A stretch of DNA of 64,000 nt from Amoebidium appalachense (lineage: Eukaryota > Protista > Ichthyosporea): contig CAVNZM010000003.1 of assembly GCA_963693365.1 (NCBI GenBank), positions 4,473,106 to 4,537,105 on the forward strand, written 5' to 3'. Below are positions 36,261 through 54,659 of this stretch, one piece after another. Below the pieces are notes generated by a model that saw only the letters and a list, made by a program, of their open reading frames with translations, searched no databases and was not told where the DNA came from. Position 1 is the first letter of the stretch. Every line of letters starts with the position of its first letter. Made by a program: the position numbers and the translations under genes.

Positions 36261-37428
36261 ACACACACAATGCATCCGCGCATCATGGTCCATGCATACA
36301 CGTGTGTGGATAGATGCACAGGTGCACGAATCCACGCACGCACGCACCCACAGAGCACGTGTGCGCACGCACACACAAACACACATGTGTACACGTGCGC
36401 GCGCATTCACACGCACACACAAACGCACATACACATGCAGTCATGGACAGCGGCCAGAGCCAAACCGTCCAGGTCGCCCGTCTACCATGCAGCTGCATTT
36501 ATCCGGCGAAGGGGGGAACCTTTCCCTGAGAAGTGGTGATGGGTCCAACACCACCCATACGGCCAACACAACAGCCACCAGGGGCAAGGCCACTGCCACG
36601 GTTCCAACGCAAAGGCGGCGCGCACGATTCACGCAAACACGAACCACAGATCAGAATGGTTTGGAGTATTATGTGTCTGTGGGCGAGGAGGTACGTTCGG
36701 GTAGATGGTCGGATGCGGAGACCGCGTTGATTGAAAGTATTGTTATTTCGCTTGCGGAACAAAAGTTGCCGGCAACAGAGGAGGACATATTTGCACATTA
36801 CCATGCAGCATTGGAGGGCAACGAGGAGGGTGTGGGGCTGGATGCCATCCTTTCCAAAACATTGAAACAAATCAAGTCAAAAATAGAACACATTGAGAAG
36901 GAAAGACGTTTGCGTAGTCAGGTGGCCGCCGAGGTGAGGGAGGAAATCGCGAGGGCTAAGGAAGCCGCTGCTAGTACAGTTACGGAGAAAGCAAGCGAGA
37001 GAGCACGAAACACGAAACGTGGGCTGAAGTCACAGAGTAATTCACAGACTGCCCCGTCAAAGAAGGCCAAGCCCAGCGGCCTTTCACGTGCAAGCACCAA
37101 CACAGGTGTTGCCCCTCAGGAGCATGATCCCACCAGTTCGTCAACCGATTCGGCGGATGAATTCCAAAGCACCCAACAGTCTGGGGTGATTCCCCCTAGC
37201 CAGCACCCGCACCATCCGCAAGCGTTCCACCCCAGTTATTATCACACATACCCGAGCACGATAGCCAGTGCACAATGTAGCGTCTGTCAACTGACTTTAG
37301 CAATCCCTCCCCATCTGTGTCATACTTACATGCAATGCTGTAGGTGCAAGGCCATGTTGTATGCTCTGGTCACCGCTTTTGGCATCCGCCTGCTCAGTTT
37401 TAGTGTCACGGATAATAGGTGGAAGTGA
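33698..37428 (+). CDS. OTU-family cysteine protease + CXC-type Cys cluster + Myb-like helix/coiled coil + C-terminal C4 zinc ribbon; 5' end unresolved (possible upstream exon 32286-32532)
   Basis: Exons 33698-33998, 35014-35838 and 36441-37428 join in phase 2/2. OTU catalytic motifs PADGNCLFHSV and DHY; CSC...C...RCIC.KNKRACTQACRCENCGN; GRWSDAETALIE; CSVC...CCRC. Confidence 0.8.
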
Positions 37429-37963
37429 GCCAATCCCTCCACGTAGTTTTTTATTTTTCTAATTGTTATTGTGGCTGCCAGCTGCTTTGGGGTCAGGTGG
37501 CAAACGTAGGGCATGTCTAGTAGGTTCGATTAGTATGGGATTTGGCATCATGATGCCAAGACTTAGTCAATACAGTAACTTAAGAATCAGTTTGTTAGGT
37601 GTTAGTTGTAACATTTAACTTCCAGTAATGTTCAGCATGTCAGAGTGGTAGTTTATGATTGTAATGTTACTTACAGTTTAACTGTAATGTCACGGTGTAT
37701 GTAGAGTATGCTGTCACATTCAATGCACACACACGGCACACACACATGAACATGCACACACGCAACCACATACACGTCAAGCACACACTACGTATACATC
37801 CATGCATGCGACATTCGCCTTTTTAATACCTATGATATCATTACGTAGTCAAAATACCATAATAATAATGTGTAGAAGTGATTGCAGGTCACTTTCACAT
37901 GCTGCAGCTGTTTTATTAATAATGACACCGTAAATTAATGGCAAGCACACTGCAGACTCGGAT

Positions 37964-38013
<50 letters not shown>

Positions 38014-38114
38014 AAAAAAAAATCCCCCCCCCCCCCCCCCCCCCCCCCTTCCCCACCTCGAAATTTTTGGGCGGGGGCGGGGGGCGGGGGCGGGGGCGGG
38101 GGCGGGGGCGGGGG

Positions 38115-38149
<35 letters not shown>

Positions 38150-38759
38150 GGGGGGCTTGGGAAACGAGGGTGCAACCGGGATTTGGGATTCGGAACCGCG
38201 TTCCTACAGCAGATTACGGCACATCATCATATCGGAATGATATTATTGATGGTTATGAGGAAATGTATAAAACTTTTGAACTTAAACTTATTATCATTTG
38301 CACGTTCAACGTTTAAACTGAATATGTTTTTGAAGCATTTTCCATCGTTCGGCCCTGAGACTGCAATACATACTTGAGAGTGCATAAGGAATGACGCACT
38401 GCAGTGGCACAGCTGTGGCACACAGACCTCATATGATCTTTTTATCCGCCCGCGCGATCTGATTGGATTAAGGCATCGTGGATTATGCGAACATGCCTGC
38501 AGGGCAACGCGCCTTCCTCCATAAAAAGACCATTATTCAAAAACTTTAGCATCACAAAAGCTATATGTCTACTCATTTTTTATAGAAATTGCACAGAAAT
38601 TCTAATCAAATGCTGCATATTGCAGCGTTTCATGGAATGATGACGCAAACCCGCAATGACGCATAGCATTTTTATCTCGTCGTGACCAATCACACGATCG
38701 GGGCCGCCCCCACAACATTCCACACATACCAGATCATCATCACCAAGCACTCCTCAGCA

Positions 38760-38766
38760 TATAAAA
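38760..38766 (+). promoter_or_regulatory. Candidate TATA box of the secreted-protein gene
   Basis: TATAAAA about 100 bp upstream of ATG 38865, with CCAAT near 38686. Confidence 0.45.
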
Positions 38767-38864
38767 ACATCCCCTCTCTTTCATTGCTCCTCAGACTCGC
38801 GCTTACGGCACATGACGAAATACAACCACTGAGACACACCCTTTGTAAAAAAAAAATAACCAAA

Positions 38865-39389
38865 ATGAAGTTCACAGCCTTCGTCACCATTTTCGCCCTG
38901 GCCGTCGCTACAGGCGCAGACGCAGCGGCGTCCCCTAAAAAACCTGCTCCCGTTACAACTGTTCTCTGCTCCTCGATCATGAATCAGCCAGGTCTAGCAA
39001 CATGTGAGACTGCCGTCAAAGACAAGAAATGTGTTGTAGGAAAGGACTGTGACCTGAAAACATGCTGCGCGAAACTGAAGCCCGTGGCAGTCGCGTGCAA
39101 CACGCGCACAGATTTCACGTGCCCGTTCGGGTTCAAGAAGGAAGGGAACAAGCCCAAAACGTGTTTCCCTGGCAAGAACTGCAACTCATCTGTGTGCTGT
39201 CTCGAGCCCACGGCAACTGTCACCGTTACCACCACCGCAACAAGTGTTTCGGTTTCTGTGACTGAGAAGACTGTGTATGTGACAACGACGCAGGTCGTGC
39301 CGCCAGTTACCACCACCGCGATGGTTAGTGCCACTGCGACCGTTAGTGTGACGGCTACTGAGACGGTCACCTCTACGCCCACGGTGTGA
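38865..39389 (+). CDS. Intronless secreted protein (174 aa): signal peptide, two 6-Cys repeats, Thr/Val-rich tail (cell-wall or mucin-like)
   Basis: MKFTAFVTIFALAVATGADA signal peptide after an AAAATG start context. Two C...C...C.....C....CC modules, then a TVTVTTT-rich C-terminus. Confidence 0.85.
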   Translation: MKFTAFVTIFALAVATGADAAASPKKPAPVTTVLCSSIMNQPGLATCETAVKDKKCVVGKDCDLKTCCAKLKPVAVACNTRTDFTCPFGFKKEGNKPKTCFPGKNCNSSVCCLEPTATVTVTTTATSVSVSVTEKTVYVTTTQVVPPVTTTAMVSATATVSVTATETVTSTPTV

Positions 39390-40001
39390 GGGATATCTAT
39401 CGACGTATGACTAGCCTGGCATTTATTTAACCAGATGTGATAAACGTATCATGTTCTCATTGTGGGGCCCCCTATTTTGTAGGCGACTCCTCCGGATAAA
39501 ATAGGTTAAAAAGAAAGAAGAAAAAAGAAACAAAAAAAGTACCATTACAAGTTATGCCGGTGAAATCCAATGTACATGTATATACGTACATACATTTGCA
39601 TGCGATTGAGTCGTCAACAATGGTGGAATGAAGTTCTGAGTGACAGTCACTGACCAGCCTTTATAATTCATTTTTTTAACCCCTAATAAAGGCAATAGCC
39701 AACATGTGTATACCTTCACGTTGGCCTGTGACACATAATAATCATCATGTCATTATCGATATCAAAGTATTGTGTTTGGCCATGGTGTCATAATTTTTTT
39801 AGTGGATTGAACAACTATTATTAAAACGTTGCAATAAGAAGGCTTGCGAGTCTGAATCACTCAGTGACGTGCATGCACTGTGCATTAAATGATGTACTAA
39901 CGCCAAAAAACAGCGGTCCCCCCTCCTCCTCTCCCCCCCCCCCCCCCCCCCCGGGACCCCCCCCCCCCCCCCCCTCTCGCCCTCCCCCCCCCCCCCCCCC
40001 C

Positions 40002-40220
40002 GAGTTGGAGAGTCGTATATACGCGGGCTAAGGGGTCGAAACTCAGACGCAATTGATGACTTGGGCCCTCCCTGAGGATGGGCTCTGCTTATGACGCATA
40101 CTGTGCGCATGGATGATGTTGCATACTTGAATGTTTGCCTTTGCATGTGTCCTGCACCATGCTTCTCATCGTGTCACGCGTACTTCGTACCGTGTTCCGC
40201 ATTCAAACCCCCCCCCCCCC
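40002..40220 (+). repeat. Partial (~0.45 unit) intergenic copy of the ~452-nt repeat between poly-C tracts
   Basis: GAGTTGGAGAGTCG...CATTCAAA(C)n, nearly identical to the other copies. Confidence 0.92.
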
Positions 40221-40302
40221 CCCCCTCCCCTCCGTGCGCCCCCACACCCCTTCCCCCACCTTGACAAGGCAAGAAACACACTGGTTGAGTTTCCACCAAT
40301 GA

Positions 40303-40341
<39 letters not shown>

Positions 40342-40344
40342 CAC

Positions 40345-40378
<34 letters not shown>

Positions 40379-40463
40379 CGCATGTGTGTCATGTTGTGTT
40401 CGTGCACGTGCCCACTGCGTGTTCCTTTCAACTTTTTTGCAAGGGGTCGGGGTTTCCTTTTTT

Positions 40464-40516
<53 letters not shown>

Positions 40517-40677
40517 AGGGGGGGACAGGGAGATCGAACGACTCAGCCGTTGCAGGTTGCAACGAGCTAACGACAGGCCCTATCATAAGGTGGTGGTGGA
40601 GGGTGCCACGGTGTTTGTGTGTATGCACGGTGTGGTGGTGGTGGTGGGGGGGGGGGGGGGGGGGGGAAAGGGGGGAA

Positions 40678-40711
<34 letters not shown>

Positions 40712-41445
40712 TAGGAAGTTGCGATTTCAAAGCGCTGGGGGGGGGGGGGGGGGGGAGGGGGGGGGAGGGGGGATATAGGAAGTTGCAACTTCAAACCCCT
40801 GGGGGGGGGGGGGGGGAGGGGGGGGAGGGAGGGAGGACGGTGGGGGGGGGGGGGGGGCGAAGGGGGGGGGGAGTCAAGGAGAAAGGGGTGGGAGGGGGTG
40901 CGGGGAGGGACTTTGAAACATCAGAAGTTCCCAGCATACCGTGATCTTATCTTCAGCTAGCGGGGAACTTGAAATGGGTAATGCAGCTTAGAAACTACAG
41001 ATCTCGAAGAGGTTAAACGTTTTAACCCAAATTCTATTAGGGTACGCACATGCATTGCGCAAATTTGCAAATGGTGGAAAATCACAACCAATACTTGCAG
41101 CCGCGGTTTCTGTGACTTCTTAGACTAGAGTTGATATAGACTTTACGTGACTTGCAGTTGACAAAATGTGGGTTGGGTTTGACACACCTCTAGTACATGT
41201 ACATGTGCACTATTATGCGCTAACCCACTTAGCCTATCGTAGTATGCAATTTCTTACATTATCCAGGAATAAATTCGGGACACTTGCGCAATTGGGTCAC
41301 GTTTTCAATTATAAATATGAAATTTTTAAGCACACCGTGTGCACCGGACACAGGCTATGAACGTGTTCCTGGCAAGGTACTGGTGTGCATACCTTAAGCC
41401 ACGTACGCGCGTGCGTCTGTGTGTGTGACGTATGTGTGTGTGTGT

Positions 41446-41477
<32 letters not shown>

Positions 41478-42073
41478 GCCTATTGATGCAACTTTGGGTG
41501 GGTGGGGAGAAGAGGGGAGAGTGGGCCCCCCGGAGGGGGGGGAAGGGGCAGGGGGGAGAGGGGGAGGAGGGGGGTGCGCGTGCGGGTGTCACTGTGACAG
41601 TGTGCGTGTGTGTGTGTGTGCGTGCGCCCGTGCGCGCACGTGTGTGGTGTGTGTGCGTGTGTGTGTGTGGGGGGGGGGGGGGAGAAGGAGGGGGGGGGGG
41701 GAATATTGGCGGTGGTGGTGGCAGGGGGCGGAATAAGGCTAACAGACCATCCCCCTCCCTTGACCTCCCTGCTCCGCCCGAGCTCAGATTTTCTTACCAC
41801 ATGCCACAAGCAGTTTGCACATAAGGAAAACCGTGGCGCAGCCCGGCTGCCTCCATACAGTTACAGAGACCCTTTTAAATTTTACGCGAGGTAGTCCATA
41901 GGTCTATTTAATTTTAATAGTGAAATGGGACAGACTGAGTGGCTAAGTGTCAGTACCCAAAATGCACCCAATAACGGCGGAGAGGTTTACAACATACGAG
42001 CTGACTGCGTGCCCTATTCAGAGCCCCCCCCCCCCCCCCCTCCCCCTCTCCCTCTCTACCCCCCTCTCTCTCC

Positions 42074-42112
<39 letters not shown>

Positions 42113-42584
42113 GGGGCACACTCAAGTCATCAAGAAAACAGCCCATAGCTCATACTCTAACATCATGTGGCTACTCTACAAAAAAAACGCTACATTGCAG
42201 GTATCAAAAGTACAACCAAGCGTGCTTATGTATATTACGCCATGTGTATGTGTGCGTGTTCCAGTACATACGTGCGTGTTGCGTAATTTAGTGTGTGCAG
42301 GCTGTGTGTGTCGGTGTTGGCGAAATGCGGACTACTGTCATTCAGAACCCCCCCCCCCCCCCCCCCCCCCCGCGCATTCTCCGCCGTCTTTTTTCGGCCT
42401 CCCCCCATCCCCCCCCCCCCCCCCTCCCCCCAGGCCTCCTCCAGCCCCCCTTCCCCCTCCTCCCCCGGCTTGCCAAAAAAAAAAAAGAAGGAGAAAAAAA
42501 AAGAAAGAAAGGGAAAGCAAAAGAGAGGAGAAAAACAAAGTTCACAAGCCCACTAATTTCCTGCAGTTAAGAGCAAACAGAGAT

Positions 42585-43082
42585 TCAAATAGCACTGTTC
42601 GACATTCTCTGTATCCGCCACCTGAGCTTTTCGTGACACATCAACATATTGTCTCTAACCATCTTTAACTCTTCAAGCGAATCCCTCCTCCCTGTTTCCA
42701 TTGTCGCCATTAGATTCGTAATCTTTGCTTCAAGCTCGCCTACATACCTACAGTTGCACTTGTCATGTGCTCTAACATCAACACATTTTGGGTTAGAACA
42801 CACCATCCTACAGTGGTCAACACACCATTTCCGCTCGATTTTAGCAGCATCACCCTCTCGCTTGACTTGACTCCTCCCCTGAAATTTGACTGTCTCCATC
42901 GAATCCATGTTTTTGGGTTTTGCGTAAAAAAGGCGTTCGCCACACAGACGGCATGGAACCTCTCCGGCCAGTAGACGTGCAAGGCAGGTGCCGCAGTATT
43001 CCGGTGGTAGGTTGAACGTACTTATCTCTGGGATGAGAAGGGCATGGTGGGCTGCACATATCAAAGAGGTTTCTTGTGCCAT
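42585..43082 (-). CDS. Orphan 165-aa Cys-rich (putative zinc-binding) protein with C-terminal coiled coil; probable 5' UTR intron ~43125-43959
   Basis: Non-repetitive ORF with CGTC, CRLC, CVDHC, CSNPKC and CNC. ACCATGG start context, upstream acceptor CCACAG and a strong donor G|GTAAGT near 43960. Confidence 0.6.
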   Translation of the reverse strand: MAQETSLICAAHHALLIPEISTFNLPPEYCGTCLARLLAGEVPCRLCGERLFYAKPKNMDSMETVKFQGRSQVKREGDAAKIERKWCVDHCRMVCSNPKCVDVRAHDKCNCRYVGELEAKITNLMATMETGRRDSLEELKMVRDNMLMCHEKLRWRIQRMSNSAI

Positions 43083-43627
43083 GGTGATGTTGAAGGGCGG
43101 TTGGTGGAAACGTCAGCTGTAATTCTGTGGGTGAGTGAGTGAGTAAATGTCAGTCTGAGTAAATGGGTGGCTGGTTGCAAGAGAGAGGGGGGTGGGGGGG
43201 GCGGGGGGGGGGGGGGGGGGGGGGGGATGGATGGAGAGAGGGGGGGGGGGGGAGGGGGGGGAGAGAGAGAGGTGTGTGTGTGTGTGTGTGGGCGCGTGTG
43301 TGCCTGTGAGTGCTCGCGCGTACGTGTGTGTGTGTTTGTATGTATCTGTGCCCATGTGTGTGCGCGTGCCCGTGACGTGCTTGCGTTTGCCGTGAGCGTG
43401 TACGAATGTGTATTTGTGTGTCTGTGTGTATGTGTGCGTGTATGTTCGTTTTGCGTGTGCCTGTGTCTGTGCCTGTGTGTCTGTGCTTGTGTGTGTTTGT
43501 GTGTGCGTGTGCGTGTGCGTGTGCGTGTGCGTGTGCTTGTTCGTGTGTTTGTGTTTGTGTTTGTGTGTGTGTGTGTGTGCGTGCGTGCGTGTTTCCGTTT
43601 GTCTGTGTGTGTGTGTATGTGTGTGTG

Positions 43628-43701
<74 letters not shown>

Positions 43702-44584
43702 GTATGTGTGTGACTTGGATGTGTGTTTGAATGTGTGTGTATTTTAGGAAATAAAGAGTGATAGTGTGTACTCTTGCATGATTGAAAGCTTGCTGCACAC
43801 ACGCGGGCTCGCAGGTGTTTGCATGTGGTGTGTTGTGCTCATGCACCTGTGTTTTCCTGTCTGTGTGTGCACGCCCCCATCCATCAGCCCCAGCAATAGC
43901 CTACTGCGCCTTGCCACTAAGTGCTCACACATGTTCTTCCCCATGTTCAAGTTACTTACCGAACTTATGTTATGCTTCGGGAGCTCAGTACAAGCGGTGT
44001 GTGGCCCTCCGACCTTGATTGAAGCGGTAATTTATTTTGGCGGGAAAATTTATCCAATCATCGAGCTCGGAATCGGGCCGGGAATCCCCGGCCCTGGCCG
44101 AGGCCGGCCGCCCACCCCTCCTACTGCGCCCCCCTCCCCCCTCCCCCCCTCCCCCCCCCCCCCCCCCCCCCCTCCTCCCCTTGCCCCCGCCCCCCCCCCC
44201 CCCCCCCCCCCCGGATCCCAGCTACCCCAGCGTCCCCCCCAGCTCCAACCCCTCCCCCCCCCCTCCCCCCCCCCCCCCCCCCCCCTCCCCCCCCCCCCCC
44301 CCCCCCGTGACGGCCCCCCCCCCCTCCTCCCCCCGGCGGCCATCCCCTCAGGGTCCTCTGGGCCAACCCCCCGCCCCCACCCGCGCCCCCGAGGGTCGTC
44401 TCGAAAATTCCAATGTCACGTATACATTCTCGGTAAAATCACTACCATGTGCGATGTTCCAGAGGGCCGTGCCTAAACAGTGCGATCCCGGACCCCCCCC
44501 CCCCCCCCCCCCCCCCCCGCCCCCCCCCCCCCTCCCCACCACCACCACCACCACCACCACACACACATGTGTGTGTATTCCCCC

Positions 44585-44619
<35 letters not shown>

Positions 44620-44788
44620 GCCTTCGTTCGGCCTAGGCCATATATATATAATATGTAGGCCGACTGCAGTACTGATTTAAAGCACATCGAGACACACACA
44701 CACACACACACACAGTGTGGCACGCACGTGCACACGTAGCACATACTCACATTAATATAGGCACACTTATGCACACACACACGCATAC

Positions 44789-44822
<34 letters not shown>

Positions 44823-44913
44823 CATTGATTTAGATCTGCGAGTCCTACTGTACTTGTGGTGCAGAATCTCCGTCGTGAGACACCTGTGTGCGCGTGGCGT
44901 CTGTGTGTGTGTG

Positions 44914-45030
<117 letters not shown>

Positions 45031-45154
45031 GTGTGTGTGTGTTCGAAATCACATGTGCTCGGCCGGATTCCTAAATAATATACGGCGTAAGGGATTCTTG
45101 CTTTTGATACGGGGAAGTGGGTAGTAATTTAGTACCTTTTTTAGTAGTAGCTTT

Positions 45155-45195
<41 letters not shown>

Positions 45196-45211
45196 ATTTT
45201 TTTTGGCGGGG

Positions 45212-45245
<34 letters not shown>

Positions 45246-46081
45246 AAGGGGGGGGAAGGGGATCCGGAGACCCACCCCTTTGGCCAGGTGGGTGTTGTGT
45301 AAATTTAAATGAGCAGGGGGAGGGAGGGGGGAGGGGAGTGGGGGAGGAAGGGGGGGGGGGGGGGGGGGAGGGGGGGGGTCGTTAGAAAATCTTATAGAGC
45401 ATATAGTACACAATAGCCGCGGACAACACAAAGCAGTCCTTGCTCGGAACACAAAAAGCGTTTTAGCTCCCGCTCACGATTAATCATAAGGGACCACACT
45501 ACACAGTCAAAGACAGATAACATCACACGAAAAAACCAGTAGATTTGCAGCCTGAGGCTCAAAGTTCACGCAATGCCACACCAGTCGCTCACTCTGGCTT
45601 ACCACTTACAAGCATCCACCAATAGCATTGCCACTTTATACGACTGACCAATAGCATGCCTACTTTTTTCGACCAACCAATAGCATGCCAGCATGCTTCT
45701 ACGTTTCAGTATGATCAAAATATCGTGTAATTAACACATCTGCCATGACATTCGTCTGGTTTTATCACGCAGCCATATGTACATGTACTCTGATCGCAAT
45801 CATTCGGTGATAGCACTTCAGTGACACAAACACTTCTATTTGCACACGAATTATTGGGGACCACCACATCAAGAAGAACAAAACACCACCTTCTTGAAAC
45901 AAGTGGCTCAAAAAGACAGCACCAAATCCCTATTCAATAATCAGGCAACACACCAGTTCATCTAGAGCACAATAATACCCGCAAAAAAATCTATGTACAT
46001 GGAGCCCATTGGTGCGTTATGATGCACGCATGTATACCATTGGCCCGAAATCACACGTGAAGGCATCCGATTGGGCAGAAA

Positions 46082-52508
<6,427 letters not shown>

Positions 52509-53089
52509 GACTACTGCTCGAAATGAAGACAAGAGGATTTTGTTTATTACTTTACGGTCAACGTAAATCATGTAAGAACATTCACGGGTCTCTGCAATGG
52601 GCCTCATCAACTGCCGTCTGTCTGTCTGTGCGCACAGCCCAGCTGATCTCATGGGATATCCTAAAATAACTACAAACAAGCGTGAAATACTCTTTCCGTT
52701 CTGTTAAGGCATCTGTACTTTGTTTGACAAATCACATTACCCTTTAGAGCTTTAAAATCAATTAATAAATATACGTGAAGACATGCCTGATTTATGACTG
52801 CAACGTAGGGTCACATGGGTACTTCGCAGTCCAACCGTTCCTGTTCCCGAAATTTTTATGTTCAACACCACAGCACGGCTGTTCAACCTTTGAACCAAGA
52901 AACACAAGAAAGTCAGGATCGGTTGTAGGAGGAATATAAAACAAGCAGGGATAAGGGCGAAATTCTTTTGAGAGAGAATTTTATCGAAGGCTTAGGGGAG
53001 GGAAGCGGCTTTTTCTGTTTTTGAATTCTCGTTTTGGGGGTGACTAACCAGTAACAGACCCGTCCTGCTGGAGAGAGCAAACCGGCAAC

Positions 53090-54626
53090 ATGTCTGACGT
53101 GGAGATGAAAGACACGCCCATGGAGGTAAAGTTCCTGGTGGAGCTCTTGCATGCTGCTGTATGTTTTCTTGCCTTTCTGATTTGTGTGCCCGTAAAGGGT
53201 CTTTGTAAGGGTTTTTTGTGTGAGCTGCAGGGAAAAAGAACTTGGGTAGTGTCGATTGCACTCGTTTTTCCGAATGATGCTGCAAAAGGGAAGAAGTTTT
53301 CGTGTTCATCAGCTGGTATAGCCGTAGGAGGGGTATAAAAATGTACGTGACAGAGTGGGATGTGATGCATGAGCCAGTAACTCGTGTGCCTGTTACAGTT
53401 TGTCTGGTATGAAAGGCCTCGTGATGGTCTTTGGAGCCAACTCGACTCGTCGGCAGGCGGCTGGTAAAGAAACATGCCAGCATTTGCATGCACAAAAGGC
53501 CCTCCATCACCACTCTGGAAAAAAAAACTATTTGAGAGGATCATAGCTAGTCTTTTTATTGTGGCACTAGCCATACGTGCAAGTCGCTATCAAGGTCGAA
53601 GTCGAGACATGCACCCGTGTAGATGGCGTTGTTTTTATATCCCCCGTTTCACCTGAAGAGGCCTGAAGAGTTCATGTTTCATGATGTGTTCTTCTGGATG
53701 TAGAAGTAACCTTGCACCGTTGGCCCTTACAGAAGAGAGGATCTCTCGCCTCATTCGTGGCCCCCACTGGCACAATGTTCGTCCGATCTCAGGGCATGTT
53801 TGGGCCTGCGTACGTTGCTCTCTCCATCATCCCTCTTGCACATACCTGCTTTCCACACACAAACACACACATACACAAACTGCAGGTTCACCCGCCAGAT
53901 GCCGTGGCCACAAATGGGTTCTATCATCACCCACAAAGTTTGGTGTATGGAGGCTTACCCTTTCTTGCATGGCTTTTGTTCTTGCATTTCGAAATTTTTT
54001 AAATTGATTTTAAAGGGACGGTTAAGGGTTAGGCAGTGTGAATGGATGGGATGTCGAACATTTTATTTTCTCACCAAATTCTCCCCCCCCCCCTCCTCCC
54101 TCCCCACCCCTCTCCTATCCTTCTCTCCCCACCCTCAACACATGAGCCACCTTGCCGTCGGGGCTAATTCACCCCGTGGTGTCCTGCTGCTTCTTCCGCT
54201 CTCTCCCTTTTCCCCTCACACGAATGCAAATGCACAAAACATTTCTGAACAATGCCCCCATCGTTACCTTTCCATAAGCCCTTTCTCATCCACTTTGAAT
54301 CCATCCACATGCACACGCAAACACAACATTTTCCTTCTCTCTCCCCCCCTCCCCTCCCCTCCCCCTCCCCCTTCTGCCCCCTGCCCCTCCCATCCCTCTA
54401 TTTCCTCTCTCCCAACGTTGCCACCGCGCTGTGTCTACCACCTACGCTTATTGATAACCTGGAACCGACATAGGGCGAGAGCAAAGAGAACGGCACGACG
54501 GAGACGGTGAGCAAGACGGAGAAGGAGCCGAAGAGCAAGGACAAGGACAGAGACAGAGACAGAGACCGCGACGAGAGGAAAAAAGACAAGAAGTAAGTGT
54601 TTTTTATTTATTTATTTATTTGTTTT

Positions 54627-54659
<33 letters not shown>

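Noticed and set aside
45615-45690. Three CCAATAGCAT copies as CCAAT-box promoter elements
   Set aside because: They lie downstream of PTH2 and far from any supported start, and are equally explained by a short tandem duplication.
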